The notes beneath the pieces were generated by a model, which saw only the letters and a program-made list of their open reading frames with translations, searched no databases and had not been told where the DNA came from. A program made the translations under genes and the position numbers. A DNA stretch of 64,000 bases, taken from positions 496,001-560,000 of the forward strand of contig NIVC01000029.1 of assembly GCA_002269645.1 (NCBI GenBank), read 5' to 3'. Shown here piece by piece: positions 48,581 to 59,800 of this stretch (position 1 is the first letter of the stretch; each line of letters starts with the position of its first letter). The DNA is from Macrostomum lignano. Its lineage: Eukaryota.

Positions 48581-49090
48581 TCAATCATCTGAATAGTTAT
48601 TTGTTCCAGTTGATTCACGATGTCGATTTATCTGCAAGCGGCGCTCTTCCCACTGCAAACTCTGCCGATGCAACAGCTCTCCGAACTCGTGATCGCGCTC
48701 AGCTTTAGACAGAGCCCGAACCGGCACTAGCCACAGCGGATAGGCTACACCGCACAGTTCGCAATGTGCTTTCATGGATCGAAGGAGCCAGTTAGTTAAA
48801 CAGCCGACATGAATGCTGCCAACGCTGCCGCGACAATTGCACAGATTGTGTAGCAGGAGTCCGCGCGTAGAGCTTGACATGCAGATTCGGCAACACTGAT
48901 CGGATGAATTGGCGTTCGATGCTGCCGCGGAAGTGCCGGATATTATTGAGTTAGGCTGATCGTTACTACTAGCACCTACAGGACCTCTAGTGGCAGATCG
49001 ACTCCTGTCTCTGACGACACGTCTGCGACTGTTTTGGCGACTGTTTTCACTACTGTTGGTGCTGCTTGAACTGAAGCTTTGATGGGCCAT
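48581..49090 (-). CDS. RING-CH (RINGv, C4HC3) E3-ligase-like protein, MARCH-related, 169 aa, single exon, no TM helices
   Basis: CRIC...LCNCRGS...IHVGCLTNWL....HCELC matches the RINGv consensus; intact ATG to TGA. Confidence 0.8.
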   Translation of the reverse strand: MAHQSFSSSSTNSSENSRQNSRRRVVRDRSRSATRGPVGASSNDQPNSIISGTSAAASNANSSDQCCRICMSSSTRGLLLHNLCNCRGSVGSIHVGCLTNWLLRSMKAHCELCGVAYPLWLVPVRALSKAERDHEFGELLHRQSLQWEERRLQINRHRESTGTNNYSDD

Positions 49091-51279
49091 TGTTAATAAT
49101 ATATTTCATGCGTTTGCTTTCATCAGTTCAAAGTCTTTAATATCAGTTCAAGCTTGCTTGCAAATTATTGCTTAGGCTATGGAACTATAGCTAGGTACTA
49201 TTCAGTAAGGAACTGTCTATGGTAGTTAATCAAGTTCGTCAAGGTGTGCGGTATTGTAATTATACTTTTACCCAGACGCAATAAGGAAATATTTTGGCCA
49301 TTATTCCACAGTTTTGATGTGTACCATAGACATTTGGATTGAAAAAATCCATCGCTCAGTATTTTTGTTAGTAAATACAGAACAACAAGAAGTAAATGAA
49401 CAAAAAGGAAAAATCATTAAAACTAAAGTACCAACTACACGAAAGAGTTCATAATAAATGTCACAGCTAGTGCAGTTTATCAGTTTGTAGTCGAAATTTG
49501 ACTATGTAAAAATCAATTTGTTACCCAAAGTGAAACATGCAGTACTCAAAGCCGCAGTTTCCAAAGATGCTCGACACTTTAGCCTGATAATTTGGCACTG
49601 CAAAAGGAGTTGGTCTATGTTGAATGTTTTCTATGGAAGAAAAATACAGGTGCTCAAGTATAGTTCCCGAACTTACCATTTGAAAGATGCACGTCTTGGT
49701 TAAGTTGGCTTGCGACTCATGAGCTTCGTCTGATGAGCTTCTTTGGTACCGCAGTATCCAAGCTGGGATTCTATGGGACTGTCGGCTGCTCGACTGAATC
49801 GATTGGCCATTTGAGGCATCGCTTAAAGCCGTCGAGGCGTTGAAGACTGCATGGTCGCGTTTTCTTCCTAGGTAGCGCCGCACGGTTCGCTCAGTCGTCG
49901 ACAGGAAGATTTTTTTCAATTAATAAGCGCTGCTGTTTGACGAGAGATGCACCAGCCATTAGTTGTTTGACAAGATAAATAGCTTTTTCTCGCATTACTC
50001 GCTTTCCTGATTTCTTGCAAGACGCAAGCAAAATCAGCACTCATCAGTGTTGTCTATGGTCAAACTAAGCCACACAGCTCAGTCGTCTATGGGTAAAACA
50101 GCTCTTAAAACAGCTAATTGAAGCATGATAAAAAGTGTGGAATAATGACAGCGACAAAAGTGTGGAATAATGGCCGCAAAAGTGTGGAATAATGACTGAG
50201 CGCTGAGTGAAAGTATAAATACAATGCACTTGTATAGTATGCAACTTCGTTGAATAATGGCCATAGACACTCGTGCGCTACGCGCACTCGAGTTCTGGCC
50301 ATTATTCAACTCAGTTGCATACTATACAATCTACCATTAGCTATAGTTCGTAGTCAACTGATTTTTGGGAACAATTTTGCTCAAATGAATACCTCTTAAT
50401 ATCAAAAATATGAAGTAAAAAATTGAAATTGTGTTAACAATAGAACGCCCGCGCCAAGTTACAAGTCTAAATCGCTGCCGTGACAACGAAAAATGAATGA
50501 ATGAAGAAAAGCCAAGTGGTGTGGATTCATTTCCTTATGTACTGCAGTTAACCTTCGTCCCCAGCCCCCTCAGCAGCCCGAAGGTGCCAAGCCTTCGCCA
50601 TGGAGGCCGCAGCCTTCGAACACGCAGGAGTTCTGCTTGCTTTGCTCAGCTTCCATATTTCCATTCTTCACAACCTCTATATTTAAGTAAAGTTCAGTAC
50701 CAATCTTCGAATACACAGATTCACCACCAAAGCTTTAGAATTTTCGTTCTGTTCGTTTCTATCTGAGACAGTGACTATAGTCAAGGAAGAAAATGAATTT
50801 TAATCCACCAAAGATTAGGAGCTCGAGACAATATTTATTTATCTTAATATATATTATGAAGATAATATATTTATTTGGAAGAGGCATAAAACGACAAGCG
50901 CACAGACAAATGCTTGTGAATTGGTCTTCATTGCGGTCGCAAAATCTTCATTGCCCAAAATTTCTCCTCATGGCAATGACCCATGGCAATGGCCGGCCAT
51001 TGCCTAGAATTCCAATTTCAATGCAACCAATTAATTCAAGCCAGTTTTTATCCAGCATCTTGCAAAGCATATCTTGCATCAGTCAATTCAAAACGTTTAT
51101 TTTAAGATGTAAATAATTAAACTGGCACAGAAATTTTTGTTGGTGATGAACATCACACTGGTCGAGCAAAGTACTAAAAGTCATTAAATAAAAAATATTA
51201 AACTAGACTGTCGTTCTTATTCTTTCAGTAATTCTACGAGTACAATTTGCTGATTCCTGTAGAAGTAAAGATTGCATGC

Positions 51280-52250
51280 CTAATTAAAGGAACATCCGTG
51301 AAAGGTGCAATTGTTGAAGGCAAACTTCGTACCAACAGAATGGGCAGCTTCAGTGCTAACACTAGCCTCCGTCGATACTGCAGTCTCACCGACGATCTCA
51401 ACAGCATCAGCATTTTCGGGTGACCCAGCTTCTTGCTCTAGATCATGACGATTCAATGCCACCTGAACAGACTCACTCGTCTTTTGAAGCGACCGGTCGC
51501 GACGCTTGGCTAGGTACCTCCTAGTCGTTCGCTCGCTCAGCTGTCCAGTAATGCTCATTATATCGCTCATGCTGTGCCCTGCCGCCTCGAGATCGCATAT
51601 TCGCGTGACCCTGTTTTAGAGTGCAAATTTATATAGTTGGATTCATGAGTAATTGGTAACATAACATGTATCATAACATAATTAAAGTTACTATTATTAA
51701 TTTATCAGTCTTACCGAATGCAATGATTCGTGTAGGTCTTCGCAAGTCCCGCCTTCGTACTCAAGTTTCTCATGAAGCCACTCAGATAATTCTCTCCACG
51801 GTTCTGCTTCGAGGAGAAAACAGGGCCTCCATCGTTGCGGCTGGCCAAAGGATGAGGAAACAGATTGTTGTCCTTCGTTGTAACTGGAAGCAGCTTGAGG
51901 TATTTCTCCACCTTTTCCACGTCGTAAATTCTGGCCTGCTTGTTGTCGGGCTGCTTCTTGGCCTTCTCTGGATCTGCTGACTTATTTTTCGAGGGCAACG
52001 GAGGCAGACAGTAGTTACGGCTTTCCATCAGAGTCGACGTGCAATTGAAGTGAGCTTCTATCCTTCAAGAATTTGAGGTGCTCCTGGCCTCGCTCGCCAA
52101 AGCTGTATATGATGTAGAATAAGAATTTGTCCTGCTCAACTTCAGCTGTGGTGCCTTGGAAGTAGATCATCAGCTTCCTCATGCCCCCCTCCTCGATTGG
52201 CTCACTGCTGCGTCCTCCCACCACTCTGGTGAAAGTCTCGAACCTTCACA
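51280..52250 (-). mobile_element. Crypton-type tyrosine recombinase (DUF3504-like) gene, 5'-truncated, one frameshift, one 104-nt intron (51611-51714)
   Basis: EPIEEGGMRKLMIYF, FYIIYSFGERGQEHL (catalytic R), spliced YTNHCIR|VTRICDLEAAG (HxxR), IMSITGQLSERTTRRY (catalytic Y; H replaced by Q) and C-terminal FNNCTF. Donor CG|GTAAGA, acceptor AAACAG|G. Confidence 0.85.
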
Positions 52251-52256
52251 CGCAGC

Positions 52257-52448
52257 ATGCTATTTGCAGAAGAAAAGTCTTCTCTATTGATGATGTCAGC
52301 ACCAGATTTCGGCAGCACCGTGGAGATTGGAGTTGTCAGCCGCAATGCCAGTCACAACCGCGTGTTCCAGGGCTACATGAGATGCTTTGGCGTGTCTGAG
52401 AGAGCTCTGAGCGATGCCGAAGTCGAGTTTTTGTATGGACTGTGCTGA
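52257..52448 (+). other. Possible terminal exon of a LamG/pentraxin-like (concanavalin A fold) domain
   Basis: VEIG...FQGYMRCFGVSERALSDAEVEFLYGLC* resembles the F.G.M..F....RALS..EV..LY terminus; no upstream exons found. Confidence 0.4.
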
Positions 52449-52922
52449 GAGAACTAACAGGACTATTTTATAGGAATAAGAGCTACATTTAGATGTAGTT
52501 TTCATTGGTTTTTTCAGTTGCTACTCAAGACCTAAGTAGAAGGACGCGTCACTCGTGTTTCCTGGACATTTTTAAAGACCTGTTTGCAACAAAAATACAC
52601 AAGAGCGAGATAGACCATTCCGATTTGCTTGTTCTGGAAAGGCATTCCACGAGTTTATGATTGCTTATTCTTTTGGCTCTTCTTTGGTAACTTTACGGAT
52701 TCTCTTTGCTAAATAGTTTTGGAATGATTAGATGCTGATGTAAGTAGTATATGCTACGAAGTCTGCCCCTTTGACAGAAGTGAGGTTTAGGACAACAGAC
52801 ATGGGCACGGTGAAATGTCCAGAGGACAGAATTAGACGGCCTTTGGACCTGTCTATGGACCTGTCTATCCATTAGTTAGGTCGATAAAGAGCCCTGCCCT
52901 AGGCATGTGTTGACCAAAATGT

Positions 52923-53688
52923 TCACACTAGAGGCCACCTCGACCAGCAAATTGGACACGAAATCAGGCCTTGAATGGCGTGACTGCACCCACCGGAGCA
53001 GCCGACTCCGCCGAAGCAGCCGTCGCCAGCGCTGCCGTCGCCGCCTCGCTCGCCATCGTTGGAGCTCCATCTGGCGCTAACAGCTTCACCCCAGCCAGCC
53101 GGCGCCGTAGCCTTCGTGACTGCGTTGGAAGGTGTTCGGCTGGGATCGTTTAACCCTGGCTGTCCGTTGAAACAAGCAGACTTTGCACCAGCCGAACTGC
53201 TGCCGTTAGGCCCAGCCTGACCCGGCTGACCTGGAAATGTTTTCAAAGAAGTTCTGAAATGATTGCATAAAGATACCCACAGTAGAATCCCAGTCGCCAA
53301 TATCTGACTGACCCCTCCCACTGAGACTGGCTGTAACATAATGCGAGGCTCCACCACCGCCTCCAGCGGCCAGCAGCAGCGGGCCACTGTTCGTGATGTA
53401 CACGAAGCTGCCGCCGCCCCCACTGCCGCTGCATTTGCTACCGGAGCCGCTGCCACCCGACTGTCCCACAGCGACTGCAACAGCCGCGTGCCGCCCGTCA
53501 GGCTAAAGCTGCCAGCGATGGAGGCGCCCCTGCCGCCAGTCGTGTTCCTGAAGCCGTGTGCCTCTTCCCGCCGCTCCCGAGGCCTCCATTCGGTAGCAGC
53601 CGGTCGCAGGCACCTGCCGATGCTGGAGTCTGCAACGAGTCGGAGCTGCTTGTAGTCTGTGCTCAGCTGAGCTCGTCAAGCAACCAAC
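52923..53688 (-). pseudogene. Glycine-rich ALK/LTK-like domain gene, frameshifted; probable 46-nt intron 53231-53276
   Basis: Switching frames gives QVPATGCYRMEASGAAG / TGGRGASIAGSFSLTGGT / VAVGQSGG..GSGGGGSFV..PLLLAAGGGGG / GAGWLG / FGG..C, the ALK/LTK glycine-rich domain pattern. At least 3 frameshifts are needed. Confidence 0.65.
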
Positions 53689-53699
53689 CTTGAACTAAA

Positions 53700-53835
53700 G
53701 GACACGAGTGACATTTAGTTCAAGATCACTTGGGTCACGAGTGACATTTGGATCAAGATCACTTGGGTCACGAATGGTCATTGGGTCAATATGACTTGGG
53801 TCACGAGTAGTCATTGGGTCAAGGTCACTTGGGTA
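53700..53835. repeat. Short 33-bp tandem repeat (CACGAGTGACATTTAGTTCAAGATCACTTGGGT)
   Basis: Period of 33 (53703 to 53736), about 4 degenerate units. Confidence 0.8.
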
Positions 53836-54177
53836 ACATATGGAAAAATATGTGGGGTTTCATTAGCTCATGCCTGCAATCATTGAGTGTACTAGCCGTA
53901 CCTGAATTGAAAATCTGTATCTGTCTCCACATCGTGACGCACTGAAAGCTCTGTTGTATATTATAATAGCTGACAGGTAAAAGACTGAGACAGTCGCAGC
54001 CAATTATCGCTGCGGGACTAATTTACTTCTCATCCATTATTCTCATCTTCTATAGATATCAAACTCTACTTTGGGGGCTATTGAAGCTGCATTTCTCAGA
54101 GAGCATTAGTAGGTAACAGTGGGTATAAGGCTAGATAAATAAAGGCGGTTACATCTTTAATACTATTATTACTATAG

Positions 54178-54426
54178 CCAGTCTGAGCAGGGCAATGATG
54201 GATCTTGGCCTAGCCTCCGAGGCGGTTGGAGACCAAATTCTGCTTCACCGACAGGCCTTCTACAATTCTGGCTATTCCACCTGCTTCAAGTGCGGCAGCC
54301 AGGACCTGCAGGTGACAGCCAATGCGACCGGAATCTCTGCTGCTGGGCACGGCGAGGAGAGCGGCTTTGACGTCTTCACCTGCAATAACTGTCCTTGGGT
54401 GACCAGCTTCAGGTGGAGCAGCTCGT
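54178..54426 (+). CDS. Candidate internal exon encoding a zinc-ribbon-like CxxC-x30-CxxC peptide; gene unidentified
   Basis: Acceptor ACTATAG| at 54177, donor |GTGAGT at 54427, open frame containing CFKCGS...FTCNNCPW; GC-rich compared with its flanks. Confidence 0.45.
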
Positions 54427-54434
54427 GTGAGTCT

Positions 54435-54825
<391 letters not shown>

Positions 54826-56275
54826 TACTGTCTGTGTGTTTACGTGGACTTTTTGGAAGTTCAGTAGCCTCGTTAGCTGGACCACCCGGTGTAGGTAGAC
54901 CACTTAGGTGGACCACCAAATAATTTTGTCTCTGGTGGGGTTAAGACGTTGATGAGGATCTCAAATTAATGTCAGGCGGGTCAAGAAGGGCTCTAGCAAT
55001 TTTGGAATGTCTAGCATGGTTTTTTCCAAAGTTATTCGCATTTCAGTTTAGCTGGACCTCCAGCCTGGTCTACCTAAACCGAGCGAGTCTGGTCCACGTA
55101 AACCGAAAAATTTCAGAAAATGTTTCGAAAATCGTCTGTTTGTGTCTGTTTGTGTCTGTTTGTGTCTGTTTGTGTATAGCAGTTATTAAGCATAGATTCG
55201 ATGCAAAACTGAATTTTTTTACATATCATTACCTTACGAACAAATGGCTATGTTAACATCATATTATGACCGCCACTGGCCTTAAAACAATATGCGTTAA
55301 AATTCTTTGACATTCAAGTAGGTACGCAGGTTAATTTAAAATTCTGACAACCTCGTATGCGAAATGAATTTTATATAGTAAACTTTAAACTCCATTTAAT
55401 TAGCTCAGTTCCAGCAATTCCGGTATCGTACTCTGAGCAGAGACTCACAGAGTAAGACACCAATGTAAAGAAATCCAATTTACTAACCAGATCAAGCGAT
55501 AAAGACTCCGAGACAAGAAAGATATTTAAGTGAAGCTTAAACAATATTCTTCAATGACTTCTCAAGAACTCCCAGTGGTCCTTGATAGCCACACTGTGTA
55601 AATGAAAATTTCTGAGGCTCTACCATTACACAAGAAAAAATTAATAGCAACTTCATAAATTAAGTGCTTGCCAACTCTATCGCAAACACTATGGGATATC
55701 TTGAAGAAGAAGATCCTAAGCTGCAGCCTTTTAAGTGCAAAGTTGAAGATGCAATTTACCTAATTGAAAAGGGCCATTCATACATGTACATGCAAAATCA
55801 AGAGGACGCAATTAAGAAGGGCCTTTTAGCTAGAAATTGGGTCTCTGAATCTCTAGCAAAAGATCGACTTGATTGCGGTCCCAGTAAAACTAAGAACGCA
55901 TTAACAGTCGGCCTAACACTAACTGTCTGTTTGGTCCACGTAAACACATTTGCAGGAGTATAGGGTTGGAACAGACAGACAGACAGACCTCCCTTTCTAT
56001 AATTGGCTGGTTAACACTTAGGAGGATAGATCCACCCCAACGATGGGACCGACCTCAGCCAATAGGAAACCCGCAAGGGTTCTGAAGGTAAGACTGTAGA
56101 GAGAGGGATATATAATGTCTAAGCGGGTGGTCCCCGTAAACCATGGCGTAGTTAGACCACACACAGACAGTTTTATAAATTAGAACTGATTCTATTCACA
56201 CTTATTAGGTCTAACATTATTTTCCATACTCTAAGTTTCATCTATAGATAAATTTATTGTGCCAAGCAAGATATA

Positions 56276-56434
56276 ATGACCCGAAAAAAAAACAAAAAGG
56301 ACGCCAAGCCTAAGCCTAAGGTAAAACCTAAAAAAACTGCGACGCAAAAAGCCACTGCAAAATCGAAGAAGGCCGCATCGCCTGGTGAAAACCGACAGTC
56401 TGCTCGCAAAACCATCGACACCGAGTCCAGAAAA
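56276..56434 (+). CDS. Lys-rich start exon (53 aa, MTRKKNKKDAKPKPKVKPKK...AASPGENRQSARKTIDTESRK), putative exon 1 of the modular DBF4 gene
   Basis: ATG at 56276, open frame, phase-0 donor |GTGAGT; its 3' end is homologous to the repeated exons. Confidence 0.7.
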
Positions 56435-56837
56435 GTGAGTTTCGTTTGATGATCTCAAAATAGCTAATTGCAAGGCCTATCTAACCTACAGACACAACTG
56501 AAGCAGCTCTCTCAGTCTGTTTGGGGCTTTGGCTCACAGAGCTGTCTTGAAAGTTTAGTGCAGGAATGCTTACGTTTCTTGGAATGCAATCAGAACAGAT
56601 TCTTAGAAAGCGAGCTGGTCCACCATGAGATCAGAATGTCTGCACTGTGTAAATGAATGGTCTCTAGGCATTCCGACTCAGATTATCGCCTAGTAGTGCT
56701 GTAGAGAAGGTGGTCCACCTAACCTACAGACACAACTGAAGCAGCTCTCTCAGTCTGAGGGTCACACGGATACACTGCAGCGGTTTTGAATTTAAGCTTC
56801 CGACTTTGACTTGTCTTTTTATTCTCTAACTTCCTAG

Positions 56838-59800
56838 GAGCCTGAGGTCGAATTTCGTTCTCCTGAGCTCGACCAGTCTGACGCTTCGAAAAAGTTGAAA
56901 TCGCGCTCTACGTCTGCATCACGCCTTGATGAAGGCGCTCAGTCGCACAACGCTACCGCGGATGCAGGCGCTACTCCAGCCTCGAAGAAGGCCGCATCGC
57001 CAGGTGAAAATCGTCGGTCTACTGGCAAATCCGTCGACACCGAGTCCAGAAAAGTGAGTTTCGCTTGATGATCTCAAAGTAGCTAGCTGCAACTCAATTG
57101 CTGTAGAGAAGCTGGTCCACCTAACCTACAGACACAACTGAAGCAGCTCTCTCAGTCTGTTTGGGGCTTTGAATCTTGGAAGGTGGTCCACCTAACCTAC
57201 AGACACATCTGAAGCAGCTTTCTCAGTCTGTTTGGGGCTTTGACTCTTATAAGGTGGTCCACCTAACCTACAGACACAACTGAAGCAGCTTTCTCAGTCT
57301 GTTTGGGGCCTTGGCTCTCAGAGCTGTCTTGAAAGTTTAGTGCGGGAATGTTTCCGTTTCTTGGAATGCAATCAGAACAGATTCTTAGAAAGCGAGCTGG
57401 TCCACCATGAGATCAGAATGTCTGCACTGTGTAAATGAATGGTCTCTAGGCATTCCGACTCAGATTATCGCCTAGTAGTGCTGTAGAGAAGGTGGTCCAC
57501 CTAACCTACAAACACAACTGGAGCAGCTCTCTCAGTCTGTTTGAGGGTCACACGTAGGGATGTCGACCCCGGGGAGTGCTCCCCGGGGCCCCGGGGAGCT
57601 TGTCGGGGAATATTCCCCGGGGAATTGAACCGGGGACCCCGGGGAGAAAAATGCATTTTTAACCTAATTTTTGCCATTAAAATAAGAAAATAATTCACAG
57701 AGAGCTGATTGAAACTCTGTCTATGCTTTTCTTACCGCATAACTGCTTATCTCAATGTAAAATTTCAAACGCAACACACGTTTGAATGTTTTTTCACTAC
57801 GAGTCCTTCAATCAAGCAAATTTCACCTAAAAACCCGTCAGGAAAAAGAAGCTTTACTGACTACTGTGTTGGTCTGCGTTGACGGCTTGACGGAATTTGA
57901 CGCAGGCACAGCGCTGCGTCCTGCGGACGCATGGGGGTGTCATACAATAACAAAATGCTCCCTATTAGACAAGGACAATGTCTGCTAGAAATAAAAATTT
58001 TGATTATAAAAACAGTCTCATTCATTAATTATCCTCCCACGAGCGTAGCTGCTGAGCATGCATTTTCCGCCTCCACACCACAGTCTGGACTCCTTCTGAC
58101 AAAGGTGCACGCACGATTTGATGATGCCACGTTGTCAAATACAGTTTTAAATAAACACAAGCTCCCCGGGGTCGACATCCCTACTACAACCAAGGGATAT
58201 AGGCATTTCTTAGGAGCCATTTAAATTTTAAAGTGATCTTATGCGAATTTTAATGTTAAAAGCTTCATGCTGTAACTAACTAATTTAGTAGGATTGCATT
58301 GTAATCAGTTATTCATTAATTTTTCGCTATTTTTACAAACCATCCCACGTTGTCTTGACTCTTGATTTGCCATCTACTGTTATAACTGAGCCTGAAGACT
58401 TGTCTATACAGAGGACAGTGTTTTGAATCTCTGGCTAAACTGTCTCTCCTCTCTGCGCCTCTCCACTCGCGGGTACAGAGAAGGCTATTAAAAAGTTATT
58501 CCAAAACACTGTACATTCGCTATGTACATTAAGCCCAATCGCCTGACCCTTCGTCTGGGGGGTCTGGGCTGGTGGAATGAGTGAGCGGCACAAACAACAG
58601 AAAAAGCAGACAAACTTCACATGCTTACAGTTTCTGTCCTGATTGAGATACAGAGTTGAGACTTTACATTTAGATAGAGAATGAGTCAATAAAGAATTGC
58701 GTCAAATTTGAAGTCAATCGCTTCACGTGGAGCAAGCTTATGACAGCCGAAAGTTAGTCATTTTAAACCTATTTACACTCCTTTGCCCAGATCGGGAAAG
58801 AGAGGCAGGCGGGCGGAGGTTGGGGTGGTTGCCTCGCTGAAAAAACAGTTAATTTTAAAGTGCACAGCGCCTTTCAGGATTAACTTTGAGACTTGAAATT
58901 TTACACGGTTGAAAGGATCGGTAGAAGTGGAGCGGCGCTATGGAGGATTTAGTAAAAAATCGCGCATTTTGAGCAGTTTTTGCACTTTTAGGTAGGAAGA
59001 CTTGAGTTTAGGAAATTTTAAGGTAGCCTAAGACATTCTCCGTAGTAAATTTAGGGCGGGTGCAAAAGTTATCGTAATTTGGTTGAGCGGTTTGGGACTT
59101 GGGAGTCCATAGCAAAGTAATTTGTACACAGACACACACGCAGACAGAGTTTTCATTTTTATAGGTAGAGATTGTTTAGTTTTTACCCTTGCGCCTTGAA
59201 CATGTAGTCTAAAGCTAAAATCAAAGTTTAAAATGCCATTTAAGATCTAAGCCAAAGTTATTCGCCGTTTTTAACTTATTTTTAATTTTCCCCGGGGTCC
59301 CCGGGAATGACAGTAAATTCCCCGGGTCCCCGATAAGAATATTCCCCGGGGAATCGACATCCCTAGTCACACGGATACACGGCAGCGGTTTTGAATTTAA
59401 GCTTCCGACGTTGACTTGTCTTTTTATTCTCTAACATCCTAGGAGCCTGAGTTCGAATTTCATTCTCCTGAGCTCGACCAGTCTGACGCTTCGAAAAAGT
59501 CGAAATCGCGCTCTGCGTCTGCATCACGCCTTGATGAAGGCTCTCAGTTGCACAACGCTACCGCGGATGCAGGCGCTACTCCAGCCTCGAAGAAGGCCGC
59601 ATCGCCTGGTGAAAATCGTCGGTCTACTCGCAAATACGTCGACACCGAGTCCAGAAAAGTGAGTTTCGCTTGATGATCTCAAAGTAGCTAGCTGCAACTC
59701 AATTGCTGTAGAGAAGCTCTTAAAAGGTGGTCCACCTAACCTACAGACACAACTGAAGCAGCTCTCTCAGTCTGTTTGGGGCTTTGACTCTTATAAGGTG

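Noticed and set aside
55664-55963. 99-aa ORF (MGYLEEEDPKLQPFKC...)
   Set aside because: No motif recognised and no convincing splice sites linking it to neighbours.
58690-59172. Helitron/DINE-1-like non-autonomous element inside the hAT
   Set aside because: Only a general resemblance (ACAGAC tract, ...TAGAGAT end); boundaries and hairpin could not be established.
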